Below are positions 38,001 through 48,809 of a stretch of 64,000 nt of DNA, piece by piece; position 1 is the stretch's first letter; each line of letters begins with the position of its first letter. Location of the stretch: the IMG/VR virus record IMGVR_UViG_3300031885_000006, positions 1 to 64,000 of that record. One strand, 5' to 3'. A model generated the notes under the pieces. It saw only the letters and a list, made by a program, of their open reading frames with translations, had not been told where the DNA came from and searched no databases. A program made the translations under genes and the position numbers. Source of the DNA: a virus.

Positions 38001-38414
38001 ATGTTAAACTTTAAAGAATTTTTAAAAATAGAAGAACAAAATACAGTCGGCACGCACAACGATGGACCGGGCGTGGCTTATTTGCCAAGCGAATTCACCG
38101 GCTCTGCGGCTCCAGACAAAACGCTAGATGCTAGAAACTTATCTAGCCTAGAAGGCAAATCTCACATATCTAATCTAGATGCTGTTTTGCCTGCGGTGAC
38201 CAAAAAAGGTCAAATCAGATTGATAGAAAGGAATAAAAATCCAATTTTCATCCTTTTATCCGATGGCACCCAACTTTATCTAAGCTGGGATGAATTCAAA
38301 AGAATTCATGGACAAACACCAGAAGTTGGCAAACATTTAACAGTCGTCTTTCAAAGACATCTTGCCGATCAATCAAAAACACCATCAAAAATCAACAGTA
38401 TTTTATGTCACTAA
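38001..38414 (+). CDS. hypothetical, putative virion protein (MLNFKEFLKIEE)
   Basis: capsid-targeting-like N-terminus. Confidence 0.6.
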   Translation: MLNFKEFLKIEEQNTVGTHNDGPGVAYLPSEFTGSAAPDKTLDARNLSSLEGKSHISNLDAVLPAVTKKGQIRLIERNKNPIFILLSDGTQLYLSWDEFKRIHGQTPEVGKHLTVVFQRHLADQSKTPSKINSILCH

Positions 38415-38686
38415 TTAAAATCCCACACACTGTTAAAATCAGATGGTGTAACATAATTGCTACGAGATGGTGGTGGAGCCTGTTGATTCTTAAAGAAATT
38501 AGGATCGACTTTATCAGGATCAAATCCTGGGTTGTATGGACCGGGCGAATATTCCCTGCGCATTTCTTTGATTACTTTTTCAGTAACTTTATCAACCACC
38601 AATTTACCACCGATAGTGCATATTCCCAAGACTACGGCAAAAACTAAAATGGCTGTCACGGCGTTTTTATTCAGATTTATGTTCAT
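38411..38686 (-). CDS. small membrane protein
   Basis: TM segment. Confidence 0.55.
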   Translation of the reverse strand: MNINLNKNAVTAILVFAVVLGICTIGGKLVVDKVTEKVIKEMRREYSPGPYNPGFDPDKVDPNFFKNQQAPPPSRSNYVTPSDFNSVWDFN

Positions 38687-39725
38687 ATGATTCCCCTGAA
38701 TATATATTCAAGAGATTATTGAATTCCAAAATCTCTTTAGTTGGATATTTCTCCTCCAACTCTGCCAATTCTTGCAATTTAACAACATATTCTTCTGAAA
38801 GGTCGGTCGGAGTTTGGGCGACCAATAAAACAATTAGATCTCCCGTATGTCCTTGTTCATCCACAATGCCCTTACCACGCAATTTCAATTGGGCACCATT
38901 TGATGTTCCGGCAGGGACTTTAGCAACAAACTGTTCTTTCAAAGCAGGCACTGTAATATCGCCACCCAATGCCAATTTAGAATAAGAAACTGGGATTTTG
39001 CAGTGTAAATTCAACCCGTGTCTTTGAAATATAACATGAGGCCGCACATGGATAGTAACATACAAATCGCCCCGACGACCAGATCTATCATAGTCGCCTT
39101 TATGTCTTAACCGTAACGTTGCTCCGGTATCGACTCCAGCCGGAATTCTAATCGACACATCTTCATCAGGAAGGGGCTTAAAACCTTCATTGCATTCACT
39201 GCATTTATCAGTATTAATTTTTCCATTGCCGTTACAAACATTACAAGGCGTTTGAAAAAAAGAATGACCAGAGCTTACTACTCTTACACCTTTGCCGCCA
39301 CACTCATTGCATGTAGTCGATTGCATCCAGCCGACAGCATTGCATGTTTGGCACAATTCTTTAGCAATTGCCTGAATATCTTTATTGCAACCTTTAGCGG
39401 CCTCAATAAAATCCAACTCAATGTGCATTTGCATATCGAGTTGGATTTCACGTCGTCGTTGAGGACCAACAGAACCGCCAAAAATTTGAGCAAAAAAGTC
39501 CATTGGGTTTCCCTGATGCTGATACGGATTATCGTATCTAGCCCTTTTTTCAGGATCGCCCAAATGCTCATAGGCTTCACTTACTGCTTTGAAACTCTCA
39601 ACCGCTTCTGGGTTGTTGGGATTCAAATCAGGATGAAACTGTCTGGCTAGTTTTCTATAAGCCACAGAAATATCATCGGCATTAGCATCTTTGCTAAGCC
39701 CTAATATTTTATAATAATCTTTCAA
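38667..39725 (-). CDS. dnaJ: DnaJ chaperone
   Basis: KDYY..HPD; four CxxC repeats; C-terminal domains. Confidence 0.95.
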   Translation of the reverse strand: MKDYYKILGLSKDANADDISVAYRKLARQFHPDLNPNNPEAVESFKAVSEAYEHLGDPEKRARYDNPYQHQGNPMDFFAQIFGGSVGPQRRREIQLDMQMHIELDFIEAAKGCNKDIQAIAKELCQTCNAVGWMQSTTCNECGGKGVRVVSSGHSFFQTPCNVCNGNGKINTDKCSECNEGFKPLPDEDVSIRIPAGVDTGATLRLRHKGDYDRSGRRGDLYVTIHVRPHVIFQRHGLNLHCKIPVSYSKLALGGDITVPALKEQFVAKVPAGTSNGAQLKLRGKGIVDEQGHTGDLIVLLVAQTPTDLSEEYVVKLQELAELEEKYPTKEILEFNNLLNIYSGESYEHKSE

Positions 39726-39727
39726 AA

Positions 39728-40069
39728 TTAACCTTCAACCAAAACTGCCTTGATCATATCTGCGTAAATTAGATTTTTTTGTCTAACATCATCATCTAAA
39801 CCAACGGCAGGCACAAAGGAACCTTGCAGATATACACGGTCACCCACTTTAATGCCGTATTCTTTACTCACTTGAGGTCCAAGTGCCAAAACATACGCTT
39901 GGTTTGAATCTTCATCTGCCGTGGATAACAAAACCGAAGAAGGATTGATTTCCGAAGCTTTCAATCTCTCTACCAAGACTTGATTTCCCACTGGAACGAT
40001 TTGTTTGATCTTAGGAGCGGCAACTGTTATTGAATTGCCCGTCATATCTACAATTTTATTCTTAGCCAT
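39728..40069 (-). CDS. groES: GroES-like co-chaperonin
   Basis: PVGNQVLV..VLALGP..IKVGDRV..IKAV. Confidence 0.75.
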   Translation of the reverse strand: MAKNKIVDMTGNSITVAAPKIKQIVPVGNQVLVERLKASEINPSSVLLSTADEDSNQAYVLALGPQVSKEYGIKVGDRVYLQGSFVPAVGLDDDVRQKNLIYADMIKAVLVEG

Positions 40070-40079
40070 AAAAACCTTT

Positions 40080-40418
40080 CTAAATACTATTGCTATTAAC
40101 TATTCTTACATATCCATTTGCATCGAGCATTGTATATGGAGGAGACGTATCAAATGTAATTGTTGTACTTGGCATTGGCGACATCATTGTGTAGCCGCCA
40201 GAGGTATAAAAGTCAGAGGTATAAGTACCAGCAGAGATGCTTACGCCTCTGGCCGAGGGTTGAACATACTCTTTCTCTTCCTTGACTTTTTCCTCCATCG
40301 CCTCTTCAACTAATTTTTCTATAAATTCTTCTTTCAAATCTTTGTAACCATACATGCCTTCATCGAAGGCCGAACTTAATAGAGCAATTAACTTTTGTTT
40401 ATCAATAAAAATATTCAT
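40080..40418 (-). CDS. hypothetical protein
   Basis: ORF track 40080..40490; internal ATG likely start. Confidence 0.5.
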   Translation of the reverse strand: MNIFIDKQKLIALLSSAFDEGMYGYKDLKEEFIEKLVEEAMEEKVKEEKEYVQPSARGVSISAGTYTSDFYTSGGYTMMSPMPSTTITFDTSPPYTMLDANGYVRIVNSNSI

Positions 40419-40419
40419 T

Positions 40420-40755
40420 TTATTCTGCACTAAAACTTTTGCCGCAGCCACAACTTTTAGTGGATTTAGGGTTAGAAAACTTAAAGCCACGATTTGCTAA
40501 TGTTTCCACCCAATCTACGGTCACATCTTCTAAGTGTACCACAGATTTATTGTCAATTGCAACTGATATTTCTCCAAATTCTAAAATAGTATCTTCTTCT
40601 GTTATTGAAGACTTATTTTCAATAGCCATATCATATTTAAAGCCACTACAGCCACCTGCAACAACCTTGATTCTAAGCACCTCATCTTCAGATTTGCACT
40701 TTTTCAATTCATTAAAAGCAGCAGTTGTTATCGTAAGCATAATTATTACTCCCAA
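40420..40755 (-). CDS. HesB/IscA A-type Fe-S carrier
   Basis: GGCSG and CGCGKSF. Confidence 0.9.
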   Translation of the reverse strand: MGVIIMLTITTAAFNELKKCKSEDEVLRIKVVAGGCSGFKYDMAIENKSSITEEDTILEFGEISVAIDNKSVVHLEDVTVDWVETLANRGFKFSNPKSTKSCGCGKSFSAE

Positions 40756-41861
40756 AAACTAATAAAGTAAACCTTGCCATCTTTTTCACCTAACAAAATT
40801 GGGTGAATGCATTTTTCTTCGATTAACATAGTATCTAAATTGAATTTAGTTGAATTTTTCGTCTTGTTTGGCCAAGTAATTGCAATTCCAGGCACAACAG
40901 CAATAAATTGATCAAAAATTGGCTTGAAATTAGCCTCTGGCATCGCCTCTAGATGGACGATGATTCTTCCAATGTTTTCTGAATGAGTTATAGTATGTGC
41001 AGGATAGGTCATCGGTTGATAGAAATAATCTGCCGCTCTAGTAGGCTCAAAATTAATGCCCGTAAAATTGCTACCCGGCATAGTGATTGTGCTTGTTATG
41101 CCATTAAATACACAATTATGCATTTTGGACAAAATAATTGCCGCATTTGCTATCGATATTCTTTGAAAACCATAATATCGATCTTCAAATGATTCAAATT
41201 CTTTTAACGAATCCAAAATCTCACTACACATCGATTCTAATCGCAGTTGTTTATAAACTTCTGCTCGTTGTTTAATTTTATCAACTTGGCACTGATGATA
41301 GTTATCAAAACGACTGTAAGCTTCTAAATCTTCAACGCTATCCCAAATAACAGATGCTTTTTTGAGAGATAATGGCAAATCAATTTGTCTGGCTATTTTT
41401 GATGCTCGGAGTCTAGTGCGATCCGATTCTTCTTGGAAAAGTCTAATATATTGCTGTTGATTTTTCAGAAAATTAAAAGACCACTTCAAATCTTTAAAAA
41501 CAGCCTTAGCAATACACTTAGAAAAATTAGGCAAAATTTGATCTAATTCTTTCTCTTCCGCCAATGAGACTAATTCTAAGAATTGTATTAGTTTGTTGGA
41601 TGCAGTGGCATCTAACATGAAATTAGAAAAAAAAGCGCCTGATTTAATTTCAGGATGATCGAAATCTACATCTTGAGCAACTTCATACAATCTAGAACCA
41701 AAGTCGGCCAATGCTAAATCGCAAGTGTGACGACCAGCTTCTAGAATTTTTTTGAAAATATTGGGATATGATTCCGTTGTTTCTGAGGTTTCGGCTATTT
41801 CAAAAATTTTAGGCAATAGACGATTTTGTATATCAGAAAATTTAGACATTGCATTTATCAT
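40746..41861 (-). CDS. hypothetical protein
   Basis: 371-aa ORF. Confidence 0.6.
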   Translation of the reverse strand: MINAMSKFSDIQNRLLPKIFEIAETSETTESYPNIFKKILEAGRHTCDLALADFGSRLYEVAQDVDFDHPEIKSGAFFSNFMLDATASNKLIQFLELVSLAEEKELDQILPNFSKCIAKAVFKDLKWSFNFLKNQQQYIRLFQEESDRTRLRASKIARQIDLPLSLKKASVIWDSVEDLEAYSRFDNYHQCQVDKIKQRAEVYKQLRLESMCSEILDSLKEFESFEDRYYGFQRISIANAAIILSKMHNCVFNGITSTITMPGSNFTGINFEPTRAADYFYQPMTYPAHTITHSENIGRIIVHLEAMPEANFKPIFDQFIAVVPGIAITWPNKTKNSTKFNLDTMLIEEKCIHPILLGEKDGKVYFISFWE

Positions 41862-42388
41862 TTTGATTTAGGTTCGATGATACAATTAAGAGCATTACCG
41901 TCTAATCTAGGCTTGGCCTGAGGTGCCCCGACTTCTTCTAGTTCTTTAACGATTCTTTCAACAACCTTAAAGCCTAGTTCTTTATGTGCATTCTCTCGTT
42001 TTTCATATTTCAATCGAAAAAATACACGACAACCTTTTTCCAAAAATTTTCTGGCGGCGTTGATCTTAACGACTAAATCATGTTCGCTAATCCCTGGGCT
42101 TAATCGAAGCTCTTTTTCCTGAAAAGATTTTTGTTTCTTCTTTTGAGCCTTTTCTTTTACCCCTTGTTCGTATTTGAATTTGCCATAATCCATAATACGA
42201 CAAACTGGGGGCTTGGATGTAGGTGATATTTCAACTAAATCCAAGCCAGCTTCTCGGGCTATTTTGCGAGCTTCTTCTGATGTAAAGACACCCAAATTCT
42301 GGGAGTCTTGAAGCAGCATTACGGTAGGACACCGTATTTGTTCATTGATTCTATTACGTGGCTGACTATTAAACTTATTATTTGACAT
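41858..42388 (-). CDS. infC: translation initiation factor IF-3
   Basis: RINEQIR; LDLVEISP..PPVCRIMDYGKFKYE. Confidence 0.95.
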   Translation of the reverse strand: MSNNKFNSQPRNRINEQIRCPTVMLLQDSQNLGVFTSEEARKIAREAGLDLVEISPTSKPPVCRIMDYGKFKYEQGVKEKAQKKKQKSFQEKELRLSPGISEHDLVVKINAARKFLEKGCRVFFRLKYEKRENAHKELGFKVVERIVKELEEVGAPQAKPRLDGNALNCIIEPKSK

Positions 42389-42389
42389 T

Positions 42390-44021
42390 CTAAACTCTTA
42401 GGGACAATCCTTCTGTCATTCTCTTTAAAGCTGGTGAGATATCCAGGGAATCTACAATCACATTGATAATTGTCAATTCCTTACGATTTAATGCATCCGT
42501 AAACTCTTTGTCTAATTCTGCCTCTGTAGTGACTATGCATCCGTAACCACCTCCCAACATATCTGTTATCTTATGATAGTGCCAATCTGCAATATCATTA
42601 AATTCTCCATCAATTAAATATCGCTCGGTTGTGTAGCCATGATTATTCAAAACAATCACAATGGGATTCAACTGCCTTCGAACAATCGTAGACAATTCTG
42701 TACAGGACATTTGAAACGCACCATCGCCCACTAAAACAATCGGTCTTTTTTCGGGTTGGGCCAACAGCATACCTAACACACCAGGAATGGCATTCCCCAT
42801 TGAAGTATAAAAAGCAGACGCTATAAACGAAGATTTGTGATGCATCACTAAGTCAGCCGCACCGAACAAACAATCCCCAACATCGGCTATAACCGACATT
42901 GTTTCGTCTAATATAGAATTGATTTTTTCAAACAATCTAGTAACTGTTAGTTTGTCATTTGTAGGAATAAAAACCTGTTTATCTCGATTTACACTGCTCT
43001 TGATGTTGCATTCTAATTTTGGCAGGTCAAGTTTAAAAAACGCTTCACAAAACTCTTGAAATTGAATATCAGTATATGTGTGATTTTTAATCTTCATTCC
43101 TTCGATAGCACAATTCACACAATTTCTCTTTTTAAACCTTGATGGCATAAATGTCAAGGTCATATCTGTTAATAAAACACCAAACATTAACAAACAATCA
43201 GATTCTTCTACAGCTTTCTGCACGCCTTCTTGACTTGTACCGCCAGCATAAACACCTAAAAACAAAGGATGTCTTTCGTTCACCACAGATTTAGACAATA
43301 GTGTTGTCGCAACTGGAATGTTGACCCGTTCAGCGAATTTGATCAATTTAATTCCAAGATCAAATCTTGATAGTTGCACGCCAGCTAGAATTACTGGATT
43401 TTTAGCTGTTTTTACCCATTCTGCAACTTCAGACAAAGCTTCTTCGAAATTTTGCTCATCGCTTTTTGGAGCCATTGGAGTGCCTTGACGATACACATCA
43501 TAAACAATTGGTTTATCGGCGATGTCTCTAGGAAGTTCAATGTAAATTGGTTGTTTGTGATGGGCTAACGCCTCAAAAGCACGATCAATTTCAAATCCGG
43601 CTGTAGTAGGATCATCTAAAACTACCGAGGCACATGTTAAATTTTCAAAAATGTTTTTTTGACATTCAAAAGAACGCACCATGTGATGCAGCAACATGCC
43701 CTCTTGTCGTTCTTTGATCCCAGGCGAACCAGAAATAATTACTACAGGGCATCGTTCAGCATATGCACAAGCCACAGAATTAGCGATCTTTAATGCTCCT
43801 ACATTGTAGGTAACACAAACAGCACCAATGCCATTAACTCTGGCGTAAGAATTGGCCGCAAACCCGGCATGAGCTTCATCAGTACAATTTACTAAATCAA
43901 TATTTTCTTGATCAGATAGCTTTTTATAAAAGTTAAGAACGTAATCACCTGGAACTCCAAAAACATGTTTTATCCCGGCATGCTCAAGTCGGTCCAATAA
44001 AAAATCGGCTACTGATGGCAT
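42390..44021 (-). CDS. TPP-dependent alpha-keto acid decarboxylase (pyruvate/indolepyruvate decarboxylase family)
   Basis: FGVPGDY, LLHH, GDGAFQM, NNHGYTTE. Confidence 0.9.
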   Translation of the reverse strand: MPSVADFLLDRLEHAGIKHVFGVPGDYVLNFYKKLSDQENIDLVNCTDEAHAGFAANSYARVNGIGAVCVTYNVGALKIANSVACAYAERCPVVIISGSPGIKERQEGMLLHHMVRSFECQKNIFENLTCASVVLDDPTTAGFEIDRAFEALAHHKQPIYIELPRDIADKPIVYDVYRQGTPMAPKSDEQNFEEALSEVAEWVKTAKNPVILAGVQLSRFDLGIKLIKFAERVNIPVATTLLSKSVVNERHPLFLGVYAGGTSQEGVQKAVEESDCLLMFGVLLTDMTLTFMPSRFKKRNCVNCAIEGMKIKNHTYTDIQFQEFCEAFFKLDLPKLECNIKSSVNRDKQVFIPTNDKLTVTRLFEKINSILDETMSVIADVGDCLFGAADLVMHHKSSFIASAFYTSMGNAIPGVLGMLLAQPEKRPIVLVGDGAFQMSCTELSTIVRRQLNPIVIVLNNHGYTTERYLIDGEFNDIADWHYHKITDMLGGGYGCIVTTEAELDKEFTDALNRKELTIINVIVDSLDISPALKRMTEGLSLRV

Positions 44022-44034
44022 ATATTTCCTTTAA

Positions 44035-44856
44035 TCACAATTCTTTTGTCGGTGAATTTATTATTTGAATTAAAAAACCTTCGCCTGACGCTGGAAATCG
44101 TCTGACCCAATCTACTCCAGCACCCAAACAACATCCAAAATCGGCGGCGGTCATTGTGCTAGGTGTGAAACTAATGTCGCTTATCGTATTAAAATCCAAC
44201 ATGTTAACAGTTTCTTCGTCTACGCTTAAACTTAAATTTTCAACAGGGTCAGTCATTCTTAACAATTTAAATTCTAACCAATAGCACCCTGGAGTACAAG
44301 TGTCTTTAACGTCATAATTATAAACAAATGAAGTCTCTATAATTTGATCGTGAGCAGTAGATCCATCTTCTTGAATAACATCACCCGTCACAGTCTCTAT
44401 TGTGGCAGCATTTCCCATCGCTCTGAAAATTCGCATGCCAGTGCCTTTTTTCCAAGTAGTGACCGCAGTAGATCGATAACCTCTTTCAACTTCTACTAAA
44501 AAATTATTCTCATCAAAACCAATAACCAACATATATTCTGGCGACCTTACTCTATCCATGACAATTACATCGCCTACCATAATTTGATCAAAACCAATAT
44601 TATCAGCTAATTGAAAATAAGTATCGGTAGCATTAATGCTTTTTCTTAATTTGGCTTTTGCCCAAATACTTGCCTCTAAAACCAAATTGGTATCTGTTAA
44701 ATCCAAAGAATCATCATCTATAACAATTTTAAAAGAAGGTTGTGTGTCATGCCTTTTCATGGTGGCATCAGGACACACTCCAGGCGGGCAGCCCCATTTA
44801 TTGGGACAAGGACAAGATTGATAAAAATTAGTTAATCCGATTGAGACATTATCCAT
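44035..44856 (-). CDS. hypothetical, possibly baseplate-related
   Basis: MKRHDTxP; late-type TATAAATA upstream. Confidence 0.5.
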   Translation of the reverse strand: MDNVSIGLTNFYQSCPCPNKWGCPPGVCPDATMKRHDTQPSFKIVIDDDSLDLTDTNLVLEASIWAKAKLRKSINATDTYFQLADNIGFDQIMVGDVIVMDRVRSPEYMLVIGFDENNFLVEVERGYRSTAVTTWKKGTGMRIFRAMGNAATIETVTGDVIQEDGSTAHDQIIETSFVYNYDVKDTCTPGCYWLEFKLLRMTDPVENLSLSVDEETVNMLDFNTISDISFTPSTMTAADFGCCLGAGVDWVRRFPASGEGFLIQIINSPTKEL

Positions 44857-44899
44857 AATATTCCTTGTGCGTTAAATAGCACTATTTATATATCGGACA

Positions 44900-45400
44900 T
44901 CAATCGAAAACTCCAATTGATTCCATCCATTTCAGCCGGTCTCGCATCCAATTTAAATTACCTGCAAATTTTGATAAATGCATTGATGACAACCGAGCTA
45001 TTTCTTCAATGGTCGGCCATTCCAATCCAGGCTCCCCATTATTAAAATAAACGATCCGTTTAACTCCATGTCCAGCCATTTGCAGCACACATGCTTTACA
45101 TGGACGAACTGTCACATAGACAGTAGAACCTTTCAAATCTAGGCCGCTTGCATGTCGAATAGCATTAGCTTCAGCATGAATGACAAATGAACCTTTATTG
45201 GCAAAAGACCAATCAACTACAGAATCGATTATCTTAGAAGGTGGGCCATTGTAACCAGTAGATATAGGCTCGTTATTAGGACCAATAATACAAGCTCCTT
45301 CTTGAGAACGTGGATCTTTTGATTTAGAGGCGATCCAAAAACAAAGGCCCATGTAATAATCATCACGCTCTACAGTTGATCTTGGCTTTTCTTTTGTCAT
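44900..45400 (-). CDS. dCMP deaminase
   Basis: GYNG, HAEANA, PCKAC. Confidence 0.9.
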   Translation of the reverse strand: MTKEKPRSTVERDDYYMGLCFWIASKSKDPRSQEGACIIGPNNEPISTGYNGPPSKIIDSVVDWSFANKGSFVIHAEANAIRHASGLDLKGSTVYVTVRPCKACVLQMAGHGVKRIVYFNNGEPGLEWPTIEEIARLSSMHLSKFAGNLNWMRDRLKWMESIGVFD

Positions 45401-45402
45401 AA

Positions 45403-45939
45403 TTATCTAATTAACATTTCAGCTAATTTAGCCTTATCTTCTATTTCTGGTGCTGTCACTATCAGTCTATTGGTGTCAAGCCAAGATTTAGCAGAACCAT
45501 TATCATCTGGCTTGTTAATTAAATGTGGCAAATGAAAAGGAACTGACTTTTGAGAAAACATTGATTTATTCAAGTCCAGAATATCTTTCCCTTTAAAAGA
45601 AAGCCCGAATCTCACCAGACAACGACGAACCGCAATGTCGCTGTAATGGTCACTGTGTTGGTTTTGTTTTTTATAATCTAAACCAGATTCAATGTCAAAT
45701 CGATTTGTGACATAAACATTAGAATAATTGTCAACCAAGTTTTTAAAATCATCAATATTATGTTTCAAATGCTCCCAAAAAGCATCTTCATATAATTGAA
45801 GACCCCATTCCCAAGAGTATAACTTTTTTTTAACAAAAAAAGCCCAAAACCAATTGCCCTTACCAGCCACTCTGGTTACTTTGGCCAAAAATTTATCTCG
45901 ATTTACTCCAAGATCTGACACTTGTATATAATCTAGCAT
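45403..45939 (-). CDS. hypothetical protein
   Basis: ORF track. Confidence 0.6.
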   Translation of the reverse strand: MLDYIQVSDLGVNRDKFLAKVTRVAGKGNWFWAFFVKKKLYSWEWGLQLYEDAFWEHLKHNIDDFKNLVDNYSNVYVTNRFDIESGLDYKKQNQHSDHYSDIAVRRCLVRFGLSFKGKDILDLNKSMFSQKSVPFHLPHLINKPDDNGSAKSWLDTNRLIVTAPEIEDKAKLAEMLIR

Positions 45940-46384
45940 TAATTTACTTTAGGTTTCGGCGATGATTCTGGTTTTTTAGGATCAGACTTGTCCTTTGGCT
46001 CTGCTTTTTCCTCTTTGTCTGTAGTTTTGTTATCAGGTTTTTCTGCTGTTTGCGGTTTCTCTTTTTCTGGTTTTTTGGGCTCTGGCTTTTTCTCGTCTTG
46101 CTTGTGTTTATCACGAACCTTCTTAAGCTTATCTAGATCCCCTTCAAGAGCATCTACTTCTTTAAGCCAATTATCCAGGTTATTTGCATCCCCTGTTTTG
46201 CTTACCTTTTTTTTTTACTTTTCTTCTCTATGCTTTTCTTTTCCCAAGGAGCGGCGGTAGAATGACTGTTGACATTGCCGCCCAAACTTGCGGGTGGTTT
46301 TAATCCCAAAGCAACCTCTCTGCGTCGTCTAGTAAAGGCAGTTGATTCATTTTGCTGCCAGTCGTGATATTTAATAAGTGCCAT
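45939..46384 (-). CDS. Lys/Glu/Pro-rich protein interrupted by a frameshift at an A10 run (46207-46216)
   Basis: -1 frame continues open to a TAA overlapping the next ATG. Confidence 0.65.
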
Positions 46385-46409
46385 AAAGTTATATAGTTAT
46401 TAAATAAAA

Positions 46410-46441
46410 AAAACCTTAGTCCTGAGCAGGACTAAGGTTTT
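46410..46441. terminator. intrinsic terminator
   Basis: AAAACCTTAGTCCTG..CAGGACTAAGGTTTT. Confidence 0.75.
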
Positions 46442-46956
46442 GGCAGTTTTACCGACTTAATTTTCTAATTTTTGGTCTAATATTCGAATTGACTTGATAT
46501 AACCAAACATTTCGACCTCTAACTTGTCGCTTTGTTCGGAAATTACTTCTATTAAATCTGGGTGTTTTGCCAATTTTTCTTTTAGTAATTTGGCTTTTGC
46601 AGCAGTCTCAGCAATTTGTCCGACTAAAATTGAGCATTCTATTTGTAAATCTTTATATTCTTTTAAGGACATCATCAGTGTATAAACCAGACTCTATAAG
46701 TGTTATCTTTTCAAAATCCATTTCTGCCCTCGCTTTTTCTAACAATGATTCCAAGTGATTGTAACGAACAACCAACAATTGAAGCCACCGTATTTTACAA
46801 TGCACCCCGGTATGATTGGAAAAATTCGATGCACTACCAAAAATGTAATAATATCGAACAAACTGTTTTTGAATGTGTGATCTAAAATACTTGAACAAAT
46901 ATCTTTTTGATTTTGGAAGCACTAAGTCAAAAAACTCACCTGAGATCAAATCTAAA

Positions 46957-47364
46957 TCAAAACGCAAACTCGATCCCTTCGCAAAATTCCAAATACAACA
47001 ATACAATGCCAGGAATGTATTTCGGTGGCACTTTTTCTATCGCACATGCTCTCATAATAGCAACCACTATTTTAATATCATCTGCAACTAGAGACTCATT
47101 ATCCGTTTCTGTGGCGATGTGACCCGCCATTTCAATCCCACTATATGCTTTGCGTATGCCCGGTTCTAATTCCGTTGTGCGAACCATTGTGATGTTCCTT
47201 TCAGAACACAACAATCGCAGTGGAATCGCCCCGCCGCAATACATTTGTCTGCTGGCAAAGAAATTTATCACATAATTTCTTACCAACACCTCTTCTGGAA
47301 TTTCGTCACACTCAACACACTCAATTTCATCATAGTCAACATCTTCTAATTCTACAGCCAACAT
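46957..47364 (-). CDS. hypothetical protein
   Basis: AGGAG RBS; ORF. Confidence 0.6.
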   Translation of the reverse strand: MLAVELEDVDYDEIECVECDEIPEEVLVRNYVINFFASRQMYCGGAIPLRLLCSERNITMVRTTELEPGIRKAYSGIEMAGHIATETDNESLVADDIKIVVAIMRACAIEKVPPKYIPGIVLLYLEFCEGIEFAF

Positions 47365-47468
47365 AAATTATCTCCTGTTGCTGAACTACTTCCGTGCTTT
47401 CACAAAATTTAAACAAAAACATACGACCAAGTCAATAGATACTTAAGAAAACTAAAAAGAGGTCATGG

Positions 47469-47972
47469 ATGAGATCAATTTTATTAACATGCATTTTGAC
47501 AACCGCCTTATTCACAGGCTGTAGCAAAAATCTATCTCCGTTAAGCCCAGAGCTAAAACAAGAGCTAAACAACGCAAATGGGCAAATTGAAGAATTAAAA
47601 AACAACCAAGATAGCATTGTTTTGGAACTTGGAAAAATTCGAAATCAAAATCAAATGAACGCCCAAGAAATCAAAGATGCTCAACAAGGCTTGATCAACA
47701 TGAAGGGCAGCCAAAATTCTGGTATCGCCATCTTTTCTGGAGACGGAGGTTTAATTATGTTCTTTGCCTTAATCGTTGCGGCATTTGTATTCATCTATCA
47801 CTACAGAGATCGAGCCGTAAAAGCCGAAAAAACAGCAGACATATTAGCTCAATCTATTGCTGCACATGATGACATTGAGCTAAATAACAAAGTGTTTTCT
47901 GCCGCTATTAACACAGATGTCGTATCCGACGTTTATCGTCTTATTGTCAAAAACCAAAAATCAAAAATTTAA
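47469..47972 (+). CDS. lipoprotein with coiled coil and TM segment
   Basis: FTGC lipobox; GAGG RBS. Confidence 0.65.
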   Translation: MRSILLTCILTTALFTGCSKNLSPLSPELKQELNNANGQIEELKNNQDSIVLELGKIRNQNQMNAQEIKDAQQGLINMKGSQNSGIAIFSGDGGLIMFFALIVAAFVFIYHYRDRAVKAEKTADILAQSIAAHDDIELNNKVFSAAINTDVVSDVYRLIVKNQKSKI

Positions 47973-48244
47973 ACATCCTTATCATAGCCTTGTTCTAAGT
48001 ACCTCAAGAAAGGATATCCAGAACAATTATCCTCAATGGGATTATTTTGTTTTGTGGGATCTAAACCTTTGCTTTTACATTCTGCAATGAAGTTAGACAC
48101 GCCAACATCGATTGTTTTCTTTTTTATGGAATTATGTTTCAAACAATACCATTTCGTATGATCGACATCATCGCTATCTAAATAACGACATGTACCAGGA
48201 CCATGTAAAAGACAAATATCTTGAAGTTGTTTTTTGCTTAACAT
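47969..48244 (-). CDS. Cys-rich hypothetical protein
   Basis: ORF track; GAGG RBS. Confidence 0.6.
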   Translation of the reverse strand: MLSKKQLQDICLLHGPGTCRYLDSDDVDHTKWYCLKHNSIKKKTIDVGVSNFIAECKSKGLDPTKQNNPIEDNCSGYPFLRYLEQGYDKDV

Positions 48245-48254
48245 TTTTTCCTCG

Positions 48255-48761
48255 TTAGTAGATATCTACTTCTTTTCCAATATCGGAGATTAATATTCCT
48301 TGATCATGTTGGATCTCATGCTGGAATACGGCGGCAAAATAACCTTCGACATAATAGCCTTCTAATGTCTTTAACACAAGCTCATTTTGTTGATCTATTA
48401 GTTCGTAACCAGAAACAACAATTTTTTTATAGCGTTGTACTTCAAAAGTTCTTAGTTGGCCCTTAGAATTAACCAAAGAAAGACAACCTTCTAAATGCGT
48501 TATCTTTTCTTCGTCCACTGGCAAGAAGGTGCAATTTATAAAATATCTGAAGTTGTCTTGTGGATATCTAACCAAAAACAATTTCATTGGAAGACCGGCT
48601 TGCACTGCCGAGATGCCAACCCCTTTTTCTAAAACACATAAAACTTGCAATTGCATACAAGTTTTATAAATCTCAAAAAGAGTTTTTGAAGAATTAGATA
48701 TAACCAGATTTTCCCCTAAAGGAATATCCGCCACAGGCACTATGTTTAAATTATTTTTCAT
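48255..48761 (-). CDS. def: peptide deformylase
   Basis: GVGISAVQ, EGCLS, QHEIQH. Confidence 0.85.
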   Translation of the reverse strand: MKNNLNIVPVADIPLGENLVISNSSKTLFEIYKTCMQLQVLCVLEKGVGISAVQAGLPMKLFLVRYPQDNFRYFINCTFLPVDEEKITHLEGCLSLVNSKGQLRTFEVQRYKKIVVSGYELIDQQNELVLKTLEGYYVEGYFAAVFQHEIQHDQGILISDIGKEVDIY

Positions 48762-48809
48762 AAATTAAAAAATGTGGACCAAGATTATACTTGGTCCACA
48801 TTTTGTATT

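Noticed and set aside
45988-46260. 90-aa Ser/Phe-rich plus-strand ORF
   Set aside because: Antisense shadow of the Lys/Glu-rich frameshifted gene
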